Below, one piece after another: positions 24,274-35,621 of a stretch of 43,615 bases of DNA. The stretch is taken from contig CM069132.1 of assembly GCA_035221665.1 (NCBI GenBank), positions 161,282,386 to 161,326,000 on the forward strand. The letters run 5' to 3'. A program made the translations under genes and the position numbers. The number at the start of each line of letters is the position of its first letter. The first letter of the stretch is position 1. Origin of the DNA: Okamejei kenojei (taxonomy: Eukaryota). The notes under the pieces were generated by a model, which saw only the letters and a list, made by a program, of their open reading frames with translations, had not been told where the DNA came from and did no database searches.

Positions 24274-25345
24274 AAAACATAGAAATTTAGGTGTAGGAGG
24301 CGGCGGCCATTCGGCCCTTCGAGCCAAGACCGCCATTTCATTGTGGATCAGGGCTGCTGAGTCATCCCCTTACATTAACCGTGCCTTGCCTGTCCCATAT
24401 CCCGTGACTCCACTAGCCCTTGGCTCTATTAACTCTCTTTTAAATTAACCAGTGATTTGGCCTTCCACTGCCCTCTGTGACAGAGAAATTCCAACAATCA
24501 CACTCTCTGGGTGAATTTGTTTAATCTCGTCTCAGTTTTAAAATGGCCGTCCCCATTAGTCTTAGACTGTGACCCCTGGTTCTGGACTCCCCATCATCGG
24601 GAACATTTTTCCTGCATCTAAGATGGCTGTCCTGTCCTTTTTTAATTTTATATGTTTTATAAGATCCTTCTAAACTTATTCTTCTAAATCCAGTGAATAC
24701 AAGCTAGTCTTCTTGTCCTTTTGATAGTTTCCCATATCCTCTGGCTTCCCTGCTACTCGTTGCGTAAGTTTATTCTCTTTTATGTTAGTTTTATTCCTTC
24801 CTAACTTCCCTTGTCAAGCCACGGTCGCCTCTTACTCCCCTTATAACCTTTCTTCCTTCTTTGGAATGAAAGATCCTGCTTCTTCTGGGATTGTGCCCAG
24901 AAATTCCGCCGTTGCTGTGCTTGTTCCACCGTCATTCTGCTAGGATCATTTTCCTGTCGGGCCTTGGCTTCTGCTCCCCTCTCTTGCCTTCATAGTCCCC
25001 TTTGTTCAACTGCAACACGCACTTCGAGAATTTAACTTCTCCTCTCAAATTGCAGATTCAGACTGATCGTTTATGGTCACTACCCCTGGAGGTTCCTTTA
25101 CTTGAGTTCTACCCTTAAATATTTCTTGCTATTGAGGGAGGGGCAGCCAGCGTAGTTTAACAAGTTAAAATTTCCGGGGATGGCGGGGCTGTCTTATGCT
25201 GAGAGTATGGTGCGGCTGGCTTGTACACTCTGGAGTTTAGAAGGATGAGAAGTGTGATCTTATTGAAAATATAAGATTGCTAAGGGTTTGGACACGCTAG
25301 AGGCAGGAAACATGTTCCTGATGTTGAGGGAGTCCAGAACCAGGT
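24274..25345. mobile_element. Degraded CR1 fragments
   Basis: CR1 3' tail on the minus strand from 24274; + strand CR1 3' coding remnant at about 25130-25345. Confidence 0.7.
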
Positions 25346-25374
25346 ATTTACAAGGTGGGACTCGTACTCCTGCA

Positions 25375-25600
25375 GTCACAGTGGCGCACCGGTAGAGTTG
25401 CTGCCTTACAGCGAATGCAGCGCTGGAGTCCCGGGTTCGATCCCGACTACGGGCGCTGTCTGTACGGGGTTTGTACGTTCTCCCCGTGGCCTGCGTGGGT
25501 TTTCTCCGAGATCTTTGGTTTCTGCCCACACTCAAAGATGTGCGGGTTTGTAGGTTAATTGGCTTGGTAAATGTAAAAATTGTCCCGTATAAATGGTCCA
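25375..25600 (+). mobile_element. tRNA-derived SINE (HE1/V-SINE-like)
   Basis: A-box TGGCGCACCGG, B-box GGTTCGATCC and the V-domain-like gcgtgggttttctccg..ttctgcccacactcaaaga. Confidence 0.8.
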
Positions 25601-25644
25601 ACTTCTAGTACAGTTTTTCCCTGGTGGTCTCTTCGGAAGGTACA

Positions 25645-25852
25645 AGGTGTTTGTGGAGAGGGCAGGTATTTACAGGGTGGGTCGGGTACACTGTGGACCA
25701 GGTGTTTGTGCAGTGGGCTGGTATTTACAGAGGTGGGTCGGTACTTACACCTGTGGACAGGTGATTGTGGAGAAGAGGGCAGGTAGTTACAGGGTGGGTC
25801 GGGGACACCTGTGGACTGGCGTGTGTGGAGAGGGCAGGTATTTTCCGGGTGG
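25645..25852. repeat. About 57-bp minisatellite, about 3.5 copies, in the presumptive CDCP1 3'UTR
   Basis: Repeats of ctgtggac..ggtg.ttgtggagagggcaggtatttacagggtgggtcgg. Confidence 0.8.
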
Positions 25853-25865
25853 GACAGACGTTCCA

Positions 25866-26230
25866 TCAGCTGGCAGGAGGAGTGTCGTGGCTGCCTCTGG
25901 GAAGGGTGACCATTCCCATTGGTTGCCTCTGCGTCTTGCTTCTTCGCGTGACGAAGGTGTAGATCTCGTTGGGCATCATTGGGATATGGCGTCGGGCGCG
26001 GGCACTTGGTGGGGCAGGTCACCCATCGGGCCTGGAAGGGCCGGTACACGTCCACCTCGGGGATAGATACATCTGGGCCTTGTGGAAATTCTGCGCGCCG
26101 TACACACGATCCTCGTCGTTCACCGCGTAGATGTGAGGGACTCGTTGTACTCTGGTTTCCCAAACTGGCGCTTCCCACGGCCTACGCTGGGATTTGTAGA
26201 TGCCAGACGCAGCGGGGGCTCTGTCTCTGA
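25866..26230 (-). CDS. CDCP1: CDCP1 last coding exon (cytoplasmic tail; frame broken by indels)
   Basis: GIY, HIYAVNDEDRVYG and IPEVDVYRPFQ correspond to the human CDCP1 tyrosine motifs HVYAVIEDTMVYG and PEVDTYRPFQ. Acceptor cccacag|. The 3' end is approximate. Confidence 0.85.
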
Positions 26231-26344
26231 CTGTGGGGGGGAGATGGGAGGAGAGAGGGATGAGAGGGAGAGGGGGGATGTTAGTGACACCAGCAAAAAC
26301 TCCTCCTGATCTCACCATTGTCCACACAACATCTGCTGGACAGC

Positions 26345-29300
26345 TGTGGGGGGGGCGTGGGGGATTGAGGGTTGTAGGGCGAGGGGGGTGAGGGGTGGGG
26401 GTGGGTGAGGGAGGTGGTGTGGGTGGGGTCGGAGTAGGGTGGGTGGGGGCGGGAGGGTAGTGGGAAGGGTGGGGGGGTGTGGTAGGGTGGGGGGGTGTGG
26501 GGTAAGGTGAGTGGGTGTGGGGGGTGAGGGGTGAGGGTGAGTGGGAGTGGGGGGGGATGAGGGGTGGGGGTGAGTGGGGTGTGGGGGGTGAGGGGTGGGG
26601 GGGAGTGGTTGTGGGGGGGTGCGGGGTGGGGGTGAGCTGGGTTGTGGGGGCGTGAGGGGGTGGGGGGTGGAGGTGAGTGGGTTGTGGGGGGGTGAGGGGT
26701 GAAGGGCGAGTGGGGTATTGTGAGGGGTGGGGGTGGGGAGTGAGTGGGTGGGGGGGTGGAGGGGTGAGGGCGAGTGGAGTTTGAGGGTGNNNNNNNNNNN
26801 NNNNNNNNNNNNNNNNNNNNNNNNNNNNNNNNNNNNNNNNNNNNNNNNNNNNNNNNNNNNNNNNNNNNNNNNNNNNNNNNNNNNNNNNNNNNNNNNNNNN
26901 NNNNNNNNNNNNNNNNNNNNNNNNNNGATGTAGGTAGGGAGTGGTCGAGGGGGGGGGGGTTATTTATGCCGAGGTGGCTTGTCAGACGGGCGGTGTCTCG
27001 ATGGTTGGGGGGGGTGAGGGGTGGGGGCTGAGGGAAAATGTGTGGCAAGGGGGTTGGGGGGGGGTTGATGGGTGGTGGGTGGTGGGGGAGTGGTGTGGGG
27101 GGTGAGGGGCGGGGGGGGGTGGGGGGGGGTGGGGGGTGGGGGTGGGGGGTGTTGTGGGGAGGGGTGGGGGTGGGGGTGGGGTGTGGGGAAGGGGGTGGGA
27201 GTGGGGGTGGAGGGTGTGTGGGGAGGGGGTGGGAGGGGGGGTGGGGGTTGAGGGAAACAAGTTGGGGGGAGGGGGTGGGGGGGGGGTGGGGGGAGGCAGG
27301 GAGTGTGGGGAGGGGAGGGGGGGGTGGTGGGGGGTGTGGGTGTGGGTGTGGGAGGGGGGGGGAGTGGGGGGGGAGGGAGGGTGGGGTGGGGGGGGGGCGG
27401 GGGGGGGGGGGGGGGGGGAGGGGTGAGGGTGATGGGGGGGGGATGGGGGGGGGGGGGGGGGAGGGTGTGCTGGGGGGAAGGGGGTGGGGGGGGTGGGGGG
27501 GGGGTGTGGGAGGGTGGGGGGGAGGTGGGTGGGATAATGTGGGGGTGTGGTGGGGTGGGGGGTTGGGGGGGGGGGGGGGGATGTGGGAGGGTGGGGAGGG
27601 GGACGTGGGGGGTGGAGGGAGGGTGGGGAGGGGGGTGGGGGGTGAGGGAGGTTGGGGAGGGGGTGAGGGTGAGGGGGGGGTGGGAGGGTTTGGGTTAGGG
27701 TGTGGGGGGGTGGGGTGTGGGGGTGGGGGGGGGGTGGGGTGAGGGAGTGGGCGGTGGGGGGGTGGGGGGGGGGTGGGGGTGGGGGGGTGGAGGGTGGGTG
27801 GGGTGGGGGTGTGGGGGGGGTGGGTGTGGGNNNNNNNNNNNNNNNNNNNNNNNNNNNNNNNNNNNNNNNNNNNNNNNNNNNNNNNNNNNNNNNNNNNNNN
27901 NNNNNNNNNNNNNNNNNNNNNNNNNNNNNNNNNNNNNNNNNNNNNNNNNNNNNNNNNNNNNNNNNNNNNNNNNNNNNNNNNNNNNNNNNNNNNNNNNNNN
28001 NNNNNNNNNNNNNNNNNNNNNNNNNNNNNNNNNNNNNNNNNNNNNNNNNGGGGGGGGGGGGGCAGGGGGGGGGGGGGGGAGGGGGTGTGGGGGGGGGTGA
28101 GGGGGGAGGGGGGTGGGGGGGGGGGGGGGGCTGGGCGGGGGGGGGGTGGGGGTGGGGGGGGGGGTGGGGGTGGGGGGGATGGGGGGGGGGGGGGGGGGGT
28201 TGGGGGGAGGGGGGGTGGTATGGGGGCGGGGTGGGGGGGGGTGGGGGGGGGCAAGAGCGTACGTGGGGGGGGGGGGGGGGGGGGGGTGGGGTCGGGGGGG
28301 GGGGGTGGGGGGTGGGGGGGGGGGGGAGGGGGGGGGGGTGGGGAGAGTGGGGGGGGGAGGGGGGGGGGAGTGTGGGGGGGGGGTGGGGGTGGGGGCGGTG
28401 GGGGGGGGGGGGGGGGGAGGGGGTGGGGCTGGGTTTAGGGGTGGGGGGGGGGGGGTGGGGGGGGGTGGGGGGGGCGGTGGGGGGGGGGGGGGGGGGGAGG
28501 GGGTGTGGGGTGGGGGGGTGGGGGGGGGTGGGGGGGGGGGGTGTGANNNNNNNNNNNNNNNNNNNNNNNNNNNNNNNNNNNNNNNNNNNNNNNNNNNNNN
28601 NNNNNNNNNNNNNNNNNNNNNNNNNNNNNNNNNNNNNNNNNNNNNNNNNNNNNNNNNNNNNNNNNNNNNNNNNNNNNNNNNNNNNNNNNNNNNNNNNNNN
28701 NNNNNNNNNNNNGGGCGGGTGGGGGGGTTGGGGGTGGGGGGGGGGGGAGGGGGGGGGGGTGGGGTGAAGGAGTGGGGGGGTGGGGGGGATGGGGGGGGGG
28801 GAGGGGGGGTGGCGGGGGGTGGTGGAGGAGGGGGGGGGTGGGTGGTGGGGGGGGGGAGGGGGGGGGGGGTAGGTGGGGGGGTTGGTGGGGGGGGTGGGGG
28901 GTGGTGGGTGGAGGCGTAGGGTCGGTGGGTGTTAGGGGGGGGTCGTCGGTTTTGTTATATTAGGGGCGGGGGGCGGTGGCGTGGTGAGGGCGGGGGGGTG
29001 GGGGGGGGGGTTGGTGGGGAGGGGGTGGGGGGGGGGGGGGCGGTGGGGTGGGGGGGGGTGAGGGGGGGGGTGGGTGGGGTGGGTGACGGTGGGGGGAGGT
29101 GCGGGGGGGGGGGGGGGGTGGGGGGGGGGGGGGGTGGGGGGGCGGATGGGGGTGGCGGGGGGGGTGGGTGGGTGGGGGGGGGGGTGGTGGCGGTGGGGGG
29201 GGAGGGGGGGGGGGGGGGGGGGGTGTGGGGGGGGGGGGGGGAGGGGCGGGGGGGGGGGTGGGGGGGGGGGGGGGTGGGGGGGGGTGGGGGGTTGGGTGGG

Positions 29301-29510
29301 GAGGGGGGGGTGGGGGGGGGTGAGGGGGGGGCGGGACGTGGGGGGGGGGTTGGGTGGGGTGGGTGGGGGGGGGGGTGTGGGGGGGTGGGGGGGGGGGGTT
29401 GGTGGGGGGGGAGGGGAGGGGGGGGGAGGGGGGGGGGGGGGGTGGGGGTGAGGGAAGGGGGTGTGTGGGGAAGGGGGTTGGGGCGGTGGGGGGTGGGGGG
29501 GGGGGGGTTG
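26345..29510. repeat. Extremely G-rich low-complexity intron segment with three gaps
   Basis: Near-continuous G runs interspersed with T or A; low-quality sequence. Confidence 0.9.
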
Positions 29511-29522
29511 TAGGGTACGTAC

Positions 29523-29615
29523 CAGTGTTCACGCAGCACACCACCAGTGCGATGCCGATGATCAGGACCAGAGCGACAGCCACCGCCGCCACAATTAGCA
29601 ACACGTCCGTCGCAA
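29523..29615 (-). CDS. CDCP1: CDCP1 transmembrane exon
   Basis: aacgcag| VATDVLLIVAAVAVALVLIIGIALVVCCV |gtacgt: a hydrophobic helix ending in the CC palmitoylation motif, as in human IICCV. Confidence 0.88.
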
Positions 29616-29819
29616 CTGCGTTTAAACGAGAGATCACACACATGACACAACAACACACCGCGGCACAGCACAGCACAGGCCCTTCGGCCCACAATGCCCG
29701 TGCCCAACGGGCTGCCGGGTTCATTCTTCGCTCCGCCTGCACCTGATCCACACCCTCCGGTCCCTCCGGGTCAATCTGCCTGTCTGACACCCTCCCAAAC
29801 ACCACTGTCATACCTGCCT

Positions 29820-32550
29820 CCCTCCCCCCTCCAGCACGTTCAGCCCCCCACCCCTTCCCCTCCCCACCCTCTCCCACCCCCCCCCCTTCCAGCACGTTCC
29901 AGCCCCCTCCCTCCACCCCCCGCCACAGCACGTTACCAGCCCTCCCACCTCACACTCCGCCAGCACGTTTCCAGCCCCACCACCTCAAACCCCCCCCCTC
30001 CAGGCACGTTCCAAGCCCCCACAACCCTTCCCCTCCACCTACCCTCACACCTCCGCCAGCACGTTCCCAGCCCCCCCCCACCCTGCACACCCCCCCGCCA
30101 GCACGTTCCCAGCCACCCCCCCATCCCTCACCACCCTCCCGCCAGCCGTTCCTGCCCCCCCTCCCTCAACCCCCCTCCAGCACGGTCCAGCCCCCCCACC
30201 CTTCACCCGCCCTCCCTCACACCCTCCGCCAGCACGTTCCCAGCCCCCCCACCCTCACACCCCCCGCCAGCACGTTCCCAGCCCCCCCCACCCTCACACC
30301 CCCCCGCCAGCACGTTCAGCCCCCCCTCCATAACACCCCCCCGCAAGCAGTTCCTGACCCACCACCCTCCCGCACCCCACCTTCCACACCCACCCTCCGC
30401 TCCCCCCCTGGCCAGCACATTCTAGGGCCCCCACACCTCTATGTTGTTGTAAACATACTTGCCCCCCTCTTCTCTCCCGTCACATTAACCTGGCAGACTG
30501 AAGAGAGAGACAAAGGAGCCCTGGTCTTGTCTGGCCTCTCATCACGCTCGCAGCGGATGCTCCCACTCTGGGGGCCCCGACCACCACAACACCAGGCTAC
30601 TCACATGGTGCGGGGGAGATGGAAAGGGGGGGTGGGGGGGGGGGGGATGAGGGAGAGAGATGGGGGGGGGGGGTGATTCGGGGCGGGGTGGGGTCAGGGA
30701 GAGAGTTTGGGGGGGGGTGAGGGAGAGGGGGGTTAGTGAATGGGGAGGGAGGCATGGGTGCGGTGCAGGTTGATCGGGAGAGGTGGGGTAATGGAGTAGG
30801 GGGGGGGGAGTGAAGGAGAGAGACGATGGGGGGTGATCGGGGAGGGGGGGGTGTCAGGGGAGAGTTGGGGGAGTGAGGGGAGAATGAGGGGGTGATCGGG
30901 GAGGGGGGTTGTTCAGGGGAGAGGTTGGGGGGAGTGAGGGAGAGAGATGGGGGGGGGGTGATCGGGGGCGAGGGGTGGGTTCATGGGAGAGGTGGGGGGG
31001 TGAGGAAGAGAGAGAGGGGGTGTGATCGGGGAGGGGGGGTCATGGAAGAGGTGGGGGGAGTGGGAGTGGGGAAGAGAGGGGGTGGGGGGTGTTCGGGGTG
31101 GGGGGTGGGTTGTCAGGGGAGAGGTGGGGGGGTGAGTGAGGGAGGCAGGAGGGGCGGTAATCGGGGAGGGGGGGTGTCAGGGGAGGAGAGTGGGGGGGTG
31201 TGAGGGACGAGATGAGGGGGTGATCGGGAGGGGGGGGTGTCAGGGGAGAGGTGGGGGGGGAGTGAGGGAGAGGGGACCAGAGCGATGCAGCCACAGCCGC
31301 CACAAATTAGCAACACGTCAGTCGCGCAATGCGTTTAAACGAGAGATCACCACACACATGACACATCAGCACACCGCGGCACAGCACAGAACAGGCCCTT
31401 CGGACAATGCCCGTGCCCATCGGGCTGCGGTTCATTTGCTCTCGCTGCACCTGATCCACACCCTCGGTCCCTACGCGTCAATCTGCCTATTGGACACCCT
31501 CAAACACCACCCGTCAACTGCTCCCTCCCCCCTCCAGCCACGTTCCAGCCCCCCCCCACCCCTTCCCCTCCACCACCCTCACACCACACCCCCCACCTCC
31601 AGCACGTCCAGCCCCCCCACCCTCCCCCCTCCCGCAGCAAGTTCCCAGCCCTCCCCACCCTCAACCCTCCGCCCGCATGCACGTTTCCGGCCCCCCCCAC
31701 CCTCACACCCCCCCCGCCGCACGTTCCAGCCCCCCCACCCTCACACCCCCCCTCCAGCACGTTCCAGCCCCCCACCTTCCCCTCCCCACCCTCCACACCC
31801 TCCGCCAGCACGTTCCCAGCCCCCACACCCTCACACCCCCCCGCCAGCACGTTCCCCAGCCCCCCCCCCCACCCTCACACCCCCCGCCACACGTTCCCAG
31901 CCCCCCCCACCCTCACACCCACCCGCCAGCACGTTCCCAGCCCCCCCACCCTCCACACCCCCCCGCCAGCACGTTCCAGCCCCACACCCTCCCTGCACCC
32001 CACCCCTTCCACCCCAACCTCACGCTCCCCCACTGGACCAGCACATTCTAGGCCCACCTCTCTGTGTAAACACTTGCCCCCCATCTCTCCCCGTCACATA
32101 ACCTGGCAGACAGAGAGAGAGACATGAGGCCCTGGTCTTGGTCTGGCCTCTTATTACGCTCCAGCGGATGCTCCCACTCTGGGGCCGACACCACACCAGG
32201 CCATTCACATGTGCGGGGGAGGGAAAGGTGGGGAGGGGGTGGGGGTTGAGGGAGAGATGGGGGGGTGGGGGGATAATCGGGTAGGGGTGGGTCAAGGGGA
32301 GAGTTGGGGGGGGTGAGGGAGAGGGGGGGTCATGGGAGAGGTGGGGGGAGTGAGGGAGGAGGAGGGGGTGTTCGGGGAGGGGGGTGTCAGGGGAGAGGTG
32401 GGGGGAGTGAGGGAGAGAGGAGGGGAAGGTGATTGGAGGAGGGGGGGGTGTCAGGGGAGAGGTGGGGGGAGTGAGGGGAGAGAGATGGGAGGGTGATTGG
32501 GGAGGGGGGTGTCAGGGGAGAGTTGGGAGTGAGGGAGAGGGGGGGGGGCG
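29820..32550. repeat. C-rich (about 37-bp, ccagcacgttcccagcc) and G-rich (about 55-bp, gtcaggggagaggtgggg) VNTR blocks, each present twice
   Basis: C-rich at 29820-30415 and 31520-32030; G-rich at 30620-31270 and 32215-32550. Confidence 0.85.
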
Positions 32551-32563
32551 GTGAGGACCCTAC

Positions 32564-32923
32564 CTTCAGGCTCTGCCACCACCAGGTGGAACACTAAGTC
32601 CAGTTGCCCGCTGTCAGGTTCGCAGTTGGACACGTTGAGCCAGAAGCGATGGGGGAGAACCAGGGGGTGGGCGGGCAGGGCGTCGGTCTCCCTGAAGTTG
32701 GTGACGGTGGAGTCGTCCCGCTGCTGGTCCACGCTGATGAACACGTGCCCGTGCAGGCAGACTGGCATCGACTGGTTCAGGAAGGTCAACTTGACCACGT
32801 GCTCCTCCGGCACCGAGATGTCCCAGGACACGGTCATCTTGCTGGCCATCCCCTCGCCAAAGTTGGGAGTCAGGAGGTGGACAGGAGCTCCGGCCACGGG
32901 ACTGACCTTCACAATGTAGTCCT
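32564..32923 (-). CDS. CDCP1: CDCP1 exon 7-equivalent (membrane-proximal CUB-like domain)
   Basis: 360 nt, open: VHLLTPNFGEGMASKMTVSWDISVP..FWLNVSNCEPDSGQLDLVF, matching human VYLRTPNW..SVSWNISVP..FWVNISNCSP..QLDLLF. Confidence 0.92.
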
Positions 32924-33006
32924 CTGATGGGAGAATGAACAACGGCTGGAGAAGGTGTACGCTGCTGGCAGTGGAACTGGGTGCAGGCACCCGGCTATTG
33001 TCTTTG

Positions 33007-33205
33007 GTAGATAAAAATCCTGGAGAAACTCAGCGGGTGAGGCAGCATCTGTGGAGCGAAAGAAAAGGTGACGTTTCGTGTCAAGACCCTTCTTTGACCC
33101 GAAACTTCACCTATTCCTTCGCTCCACAGATGCTGCCTCACCCGCTGAGTTTCTCCAGCATTTTTATCTACCTTCGATTTTTTTTCCAGCATCTGCAGTT
33201 TTTCC
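33007..33205. mobile_element. Palindromic Penelope-type non-autonomous repeat
   Basis: About 70-bp inverted arms (gtagataaaaat..gtgacgtttcg / cgaaacttcacc..atttttatctac). Confidence 0.75.
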
Positions 33206-33254
33206 TTAAACATTTCGTCAGCTATTGTCTATTGACAACCCAACGGCCCGTTCT

Positions 33255-33740
33255 GGAGTGATACAGCTGCGGAAACAGGGCCATTAGCCCATCTTGCCCG
33301 CACTAACCAACACGTCCCATCTGCACTAGTCCCACCTGCCCGTGTGGGGTCCATATCCCTCCAAACCTGTCCTATCCATGTACCTGTCTAACTGTTTCTT
33401 AAACGATGCGATAGTCCCAACCTCAACTACCTCCTCTGAGAGCGTGTTCCAGAGACCTGTGTGAAAATTTTACCCCCTCAGATTTCTATTAAATCTTTTC
33501 CCCTTCACCTTGAACCCATGTCCTCTGGTCCTCGATTCCCCTACTCTGGGCAAGAGACTCTGTGCATCTACCCGATCGATTCCTCTCATGATTTTATACA
33601 CCTCTATAAGATCACCGCTCATCCTCCTGCGCTCCAAGGAATAGAGTCCCGGCCTACTCAACCTCTCCCTGTAGCTCACACCCTCTAGCCCTGGCAACAT
33701 CCCCGTTAATCTTCCCTGCGCCCTTCCCAGCTTGACATCT
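33255..33740 (-). mobile_element. CR1 3' fragment
   Basis: SYRERL..GLYSLERRRMSGDLIEVYKIMRGIDRV..ESRTRGH. Confidence 0.85.
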
Positions 33741-34511
33741 TTATTGCTACACAGAGTTAGTCTGTGTTGCAGTCGGCAGCAAATATGGCCGCAGAGATGG
33801 CCTGGGTGACCGCGTGTGTGGGATTGAGAGCCGCGGTCAAGTGGCCATAATGCCGGCCCCGCGCACCACCGTGTATACCTGGCGCAGCTCGGGTCAGGCT
33901 CACACTCCAGGTGGCAGGGGTTGACGGGGAGCAGGCAGGAGAATGGGGTTAGGGATAGATCAGCCATGATGGGCCGAATGGCCTAATTCTGCTCCTATCA
34001 CTGATGATCTTATCGCCTTAAGGAAGGGCAGTGACTGAGGTATGGTGACCATGGGGTGGGGGTGTCATGGATACCCAGGGGGCATCTCACTCCATGACTG
34101 TCTCCCAGTTGGGGATGGTTGGGATCTGGAACCTTCCACACCGAGCCCATCACAGTAACGTCAGCGAAACCAAGTGACCCATGCCAGCTCTGGGAGCAAG
34201 CACGAGGATCCAGTCAGTTTAGTTTATTGTCGGTGACAAACTTTGGTTTACCTGCGAACCAGTCAACGGAGAGACAATACACATCAGTGTAGCTAAACCC
34301 AAATAAACTTCAAACTGTCTCCAAAGTAATAGACCATAGTCAATAGGTGCAGGAGTAGGCCGTTCGGCCCTTCGAGCCAGCACCGCCATTCACTGTAAAC
34401 TAAACCAAACTTCATAGACGTGCGGGCAGTGGCTTTGTCTCCGCACGATCATCGTTTCTTTTATATATATGTATATATATGTGTGTACATACATTCATTT
34501 ATATTATGTTT

Positions 34512-34682
34512 AAGAAAGAACTGCAGATGCTGGAAAAATCAAAGGTAGATAGAAATGCTGGAGAAACTCAGCGGGTGTGGCAGCATCTATGGAGCAAAGG
34601 AATAGGTGACGTTTCGGGTCGAAACCAAGGGCCCATAGATGCTGCCTCATCCGCTGAGTTTCTCCAGCATTTTTATCTACCT
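34512..34682. mobile_element. Palindromic Penelope-type non-autonomous repeat
   Basis: Inverted arms ggtagat..gctggagaaactcagcgg / ccgctgagtttctccagcatttttatctacc. Confidence 0.7.
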
Positions 34683-34839
34683 TTTATTTATTTTATGGTG
34701 TTTACAGAACACTATGTTTACATATCTATAGTTTGTTATGTTGAAAGGAAATAGTTTTGTTGTGTTTCGGGCGTTAGACAAGACGGGCGAGTCTGGAACC
34801 CATTACCTGTGGGGACTCTGGCAACAGATTCAAAGGCCA

Positions 34840-35560
34840 GGCGGATGTACCTTTTGAAAAATATAAAAGTGGATTAGGTCTCCAGGTCCTGACAGGATCC
34901 CTGGTTGTTAGTGTAGAAATAGCAGGAGCAGCTATGACAGAAATGTCATATGTCGCTGGTCGTAGCAGCCTGTGTTCCATTTGTTTAAAAGGGTTCATAC
35001 CAGCAATTATAGATCGGCGGTCAAATTTAATGGGATACATGTAGCCATTTGGATATAACTGCTGATCCAGTCTGCCGGATCGTTTGACAAAACCCCTATG
35101 TGGATTTCAGTTTGGACAATCTTTGGGTGGGCGGAGTAGCAAAGATCCGTGGCTGAATGGGATCACACACAGTGGGGTGCCTAGGGATCTGTGTTGGGCC
35201 ACGCAGATATACTCCAAAAAGTCTGAAAGATGGCAGATGGGCGTGATAAGTGTGAAGTGCTAACATCTTGGCAGGCAAATCAAAATAGGACCCATCGGAA
35301 TAACTGTGCATAGTTCCGCCCCCCGGGAAAGAAAGGGTTGCTTAAGCAGCGGTTCAGAAGTGGTGGAGGCAGGATCGATTTTAACATTTAAGAGTAAAGT
35401 GGATAAGGTATATGGACGTGAAGGGGAATGGAGGGTATGGTCTGGTGCAGTAAGTAGAGTGGGACTGGGAAAAACAAATGGTCGGCCAAGGACTTGAAGG
35501 CTGAGAGGGCCTGTTTCCGTGCTGTAATTGTTATATGGTTATATGGTTATATGGTTATAT
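34840..35560 (+). mobile_element. Heavily decayed CR1 with a (TATGGT)n tail
   Basis: Remnants of IKVD.SPGPDRI and VPLFKKG; 3' tail ttatatggttatatggttatatgg. Confidence 0.65.
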
Positions 35561-35621
35561 TGGATATATCTCTAGTTTGTTGTGTTTCGGTGGGTTAGAC
35601 AAGACGGGCGAGTTGAGTTAC

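Noticed and set aside
25375-25450. tRNA-like A/B boxes
   Set aside because: This is the head of a SINE and continues into SINE body sequence, so it is not a tRNA gene.
25645-25852. Regularly spaced repeats that might suggest a CRISPR array
   Set aside because: This is a eukaryotic tandem minisatellite with no unique spacers and no cas genes. The same applies to the 37-bp VNTR at 29820-30415.
26345-29510. G-rich tract as an Ig switch region
   Set aside because: It lies in a CDCP1 intron upstream of V and across a gap, not in the J-C intron, and it is not AGCT-rich.
26281-32101. Very long Pro-rich and Gly-rich ORFs (for example 657 aa and 355 aa)
   Set aside because: They are artefacts of G/C low-complexity repeats and N gaps. 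Only the TM exon inside them is credible.
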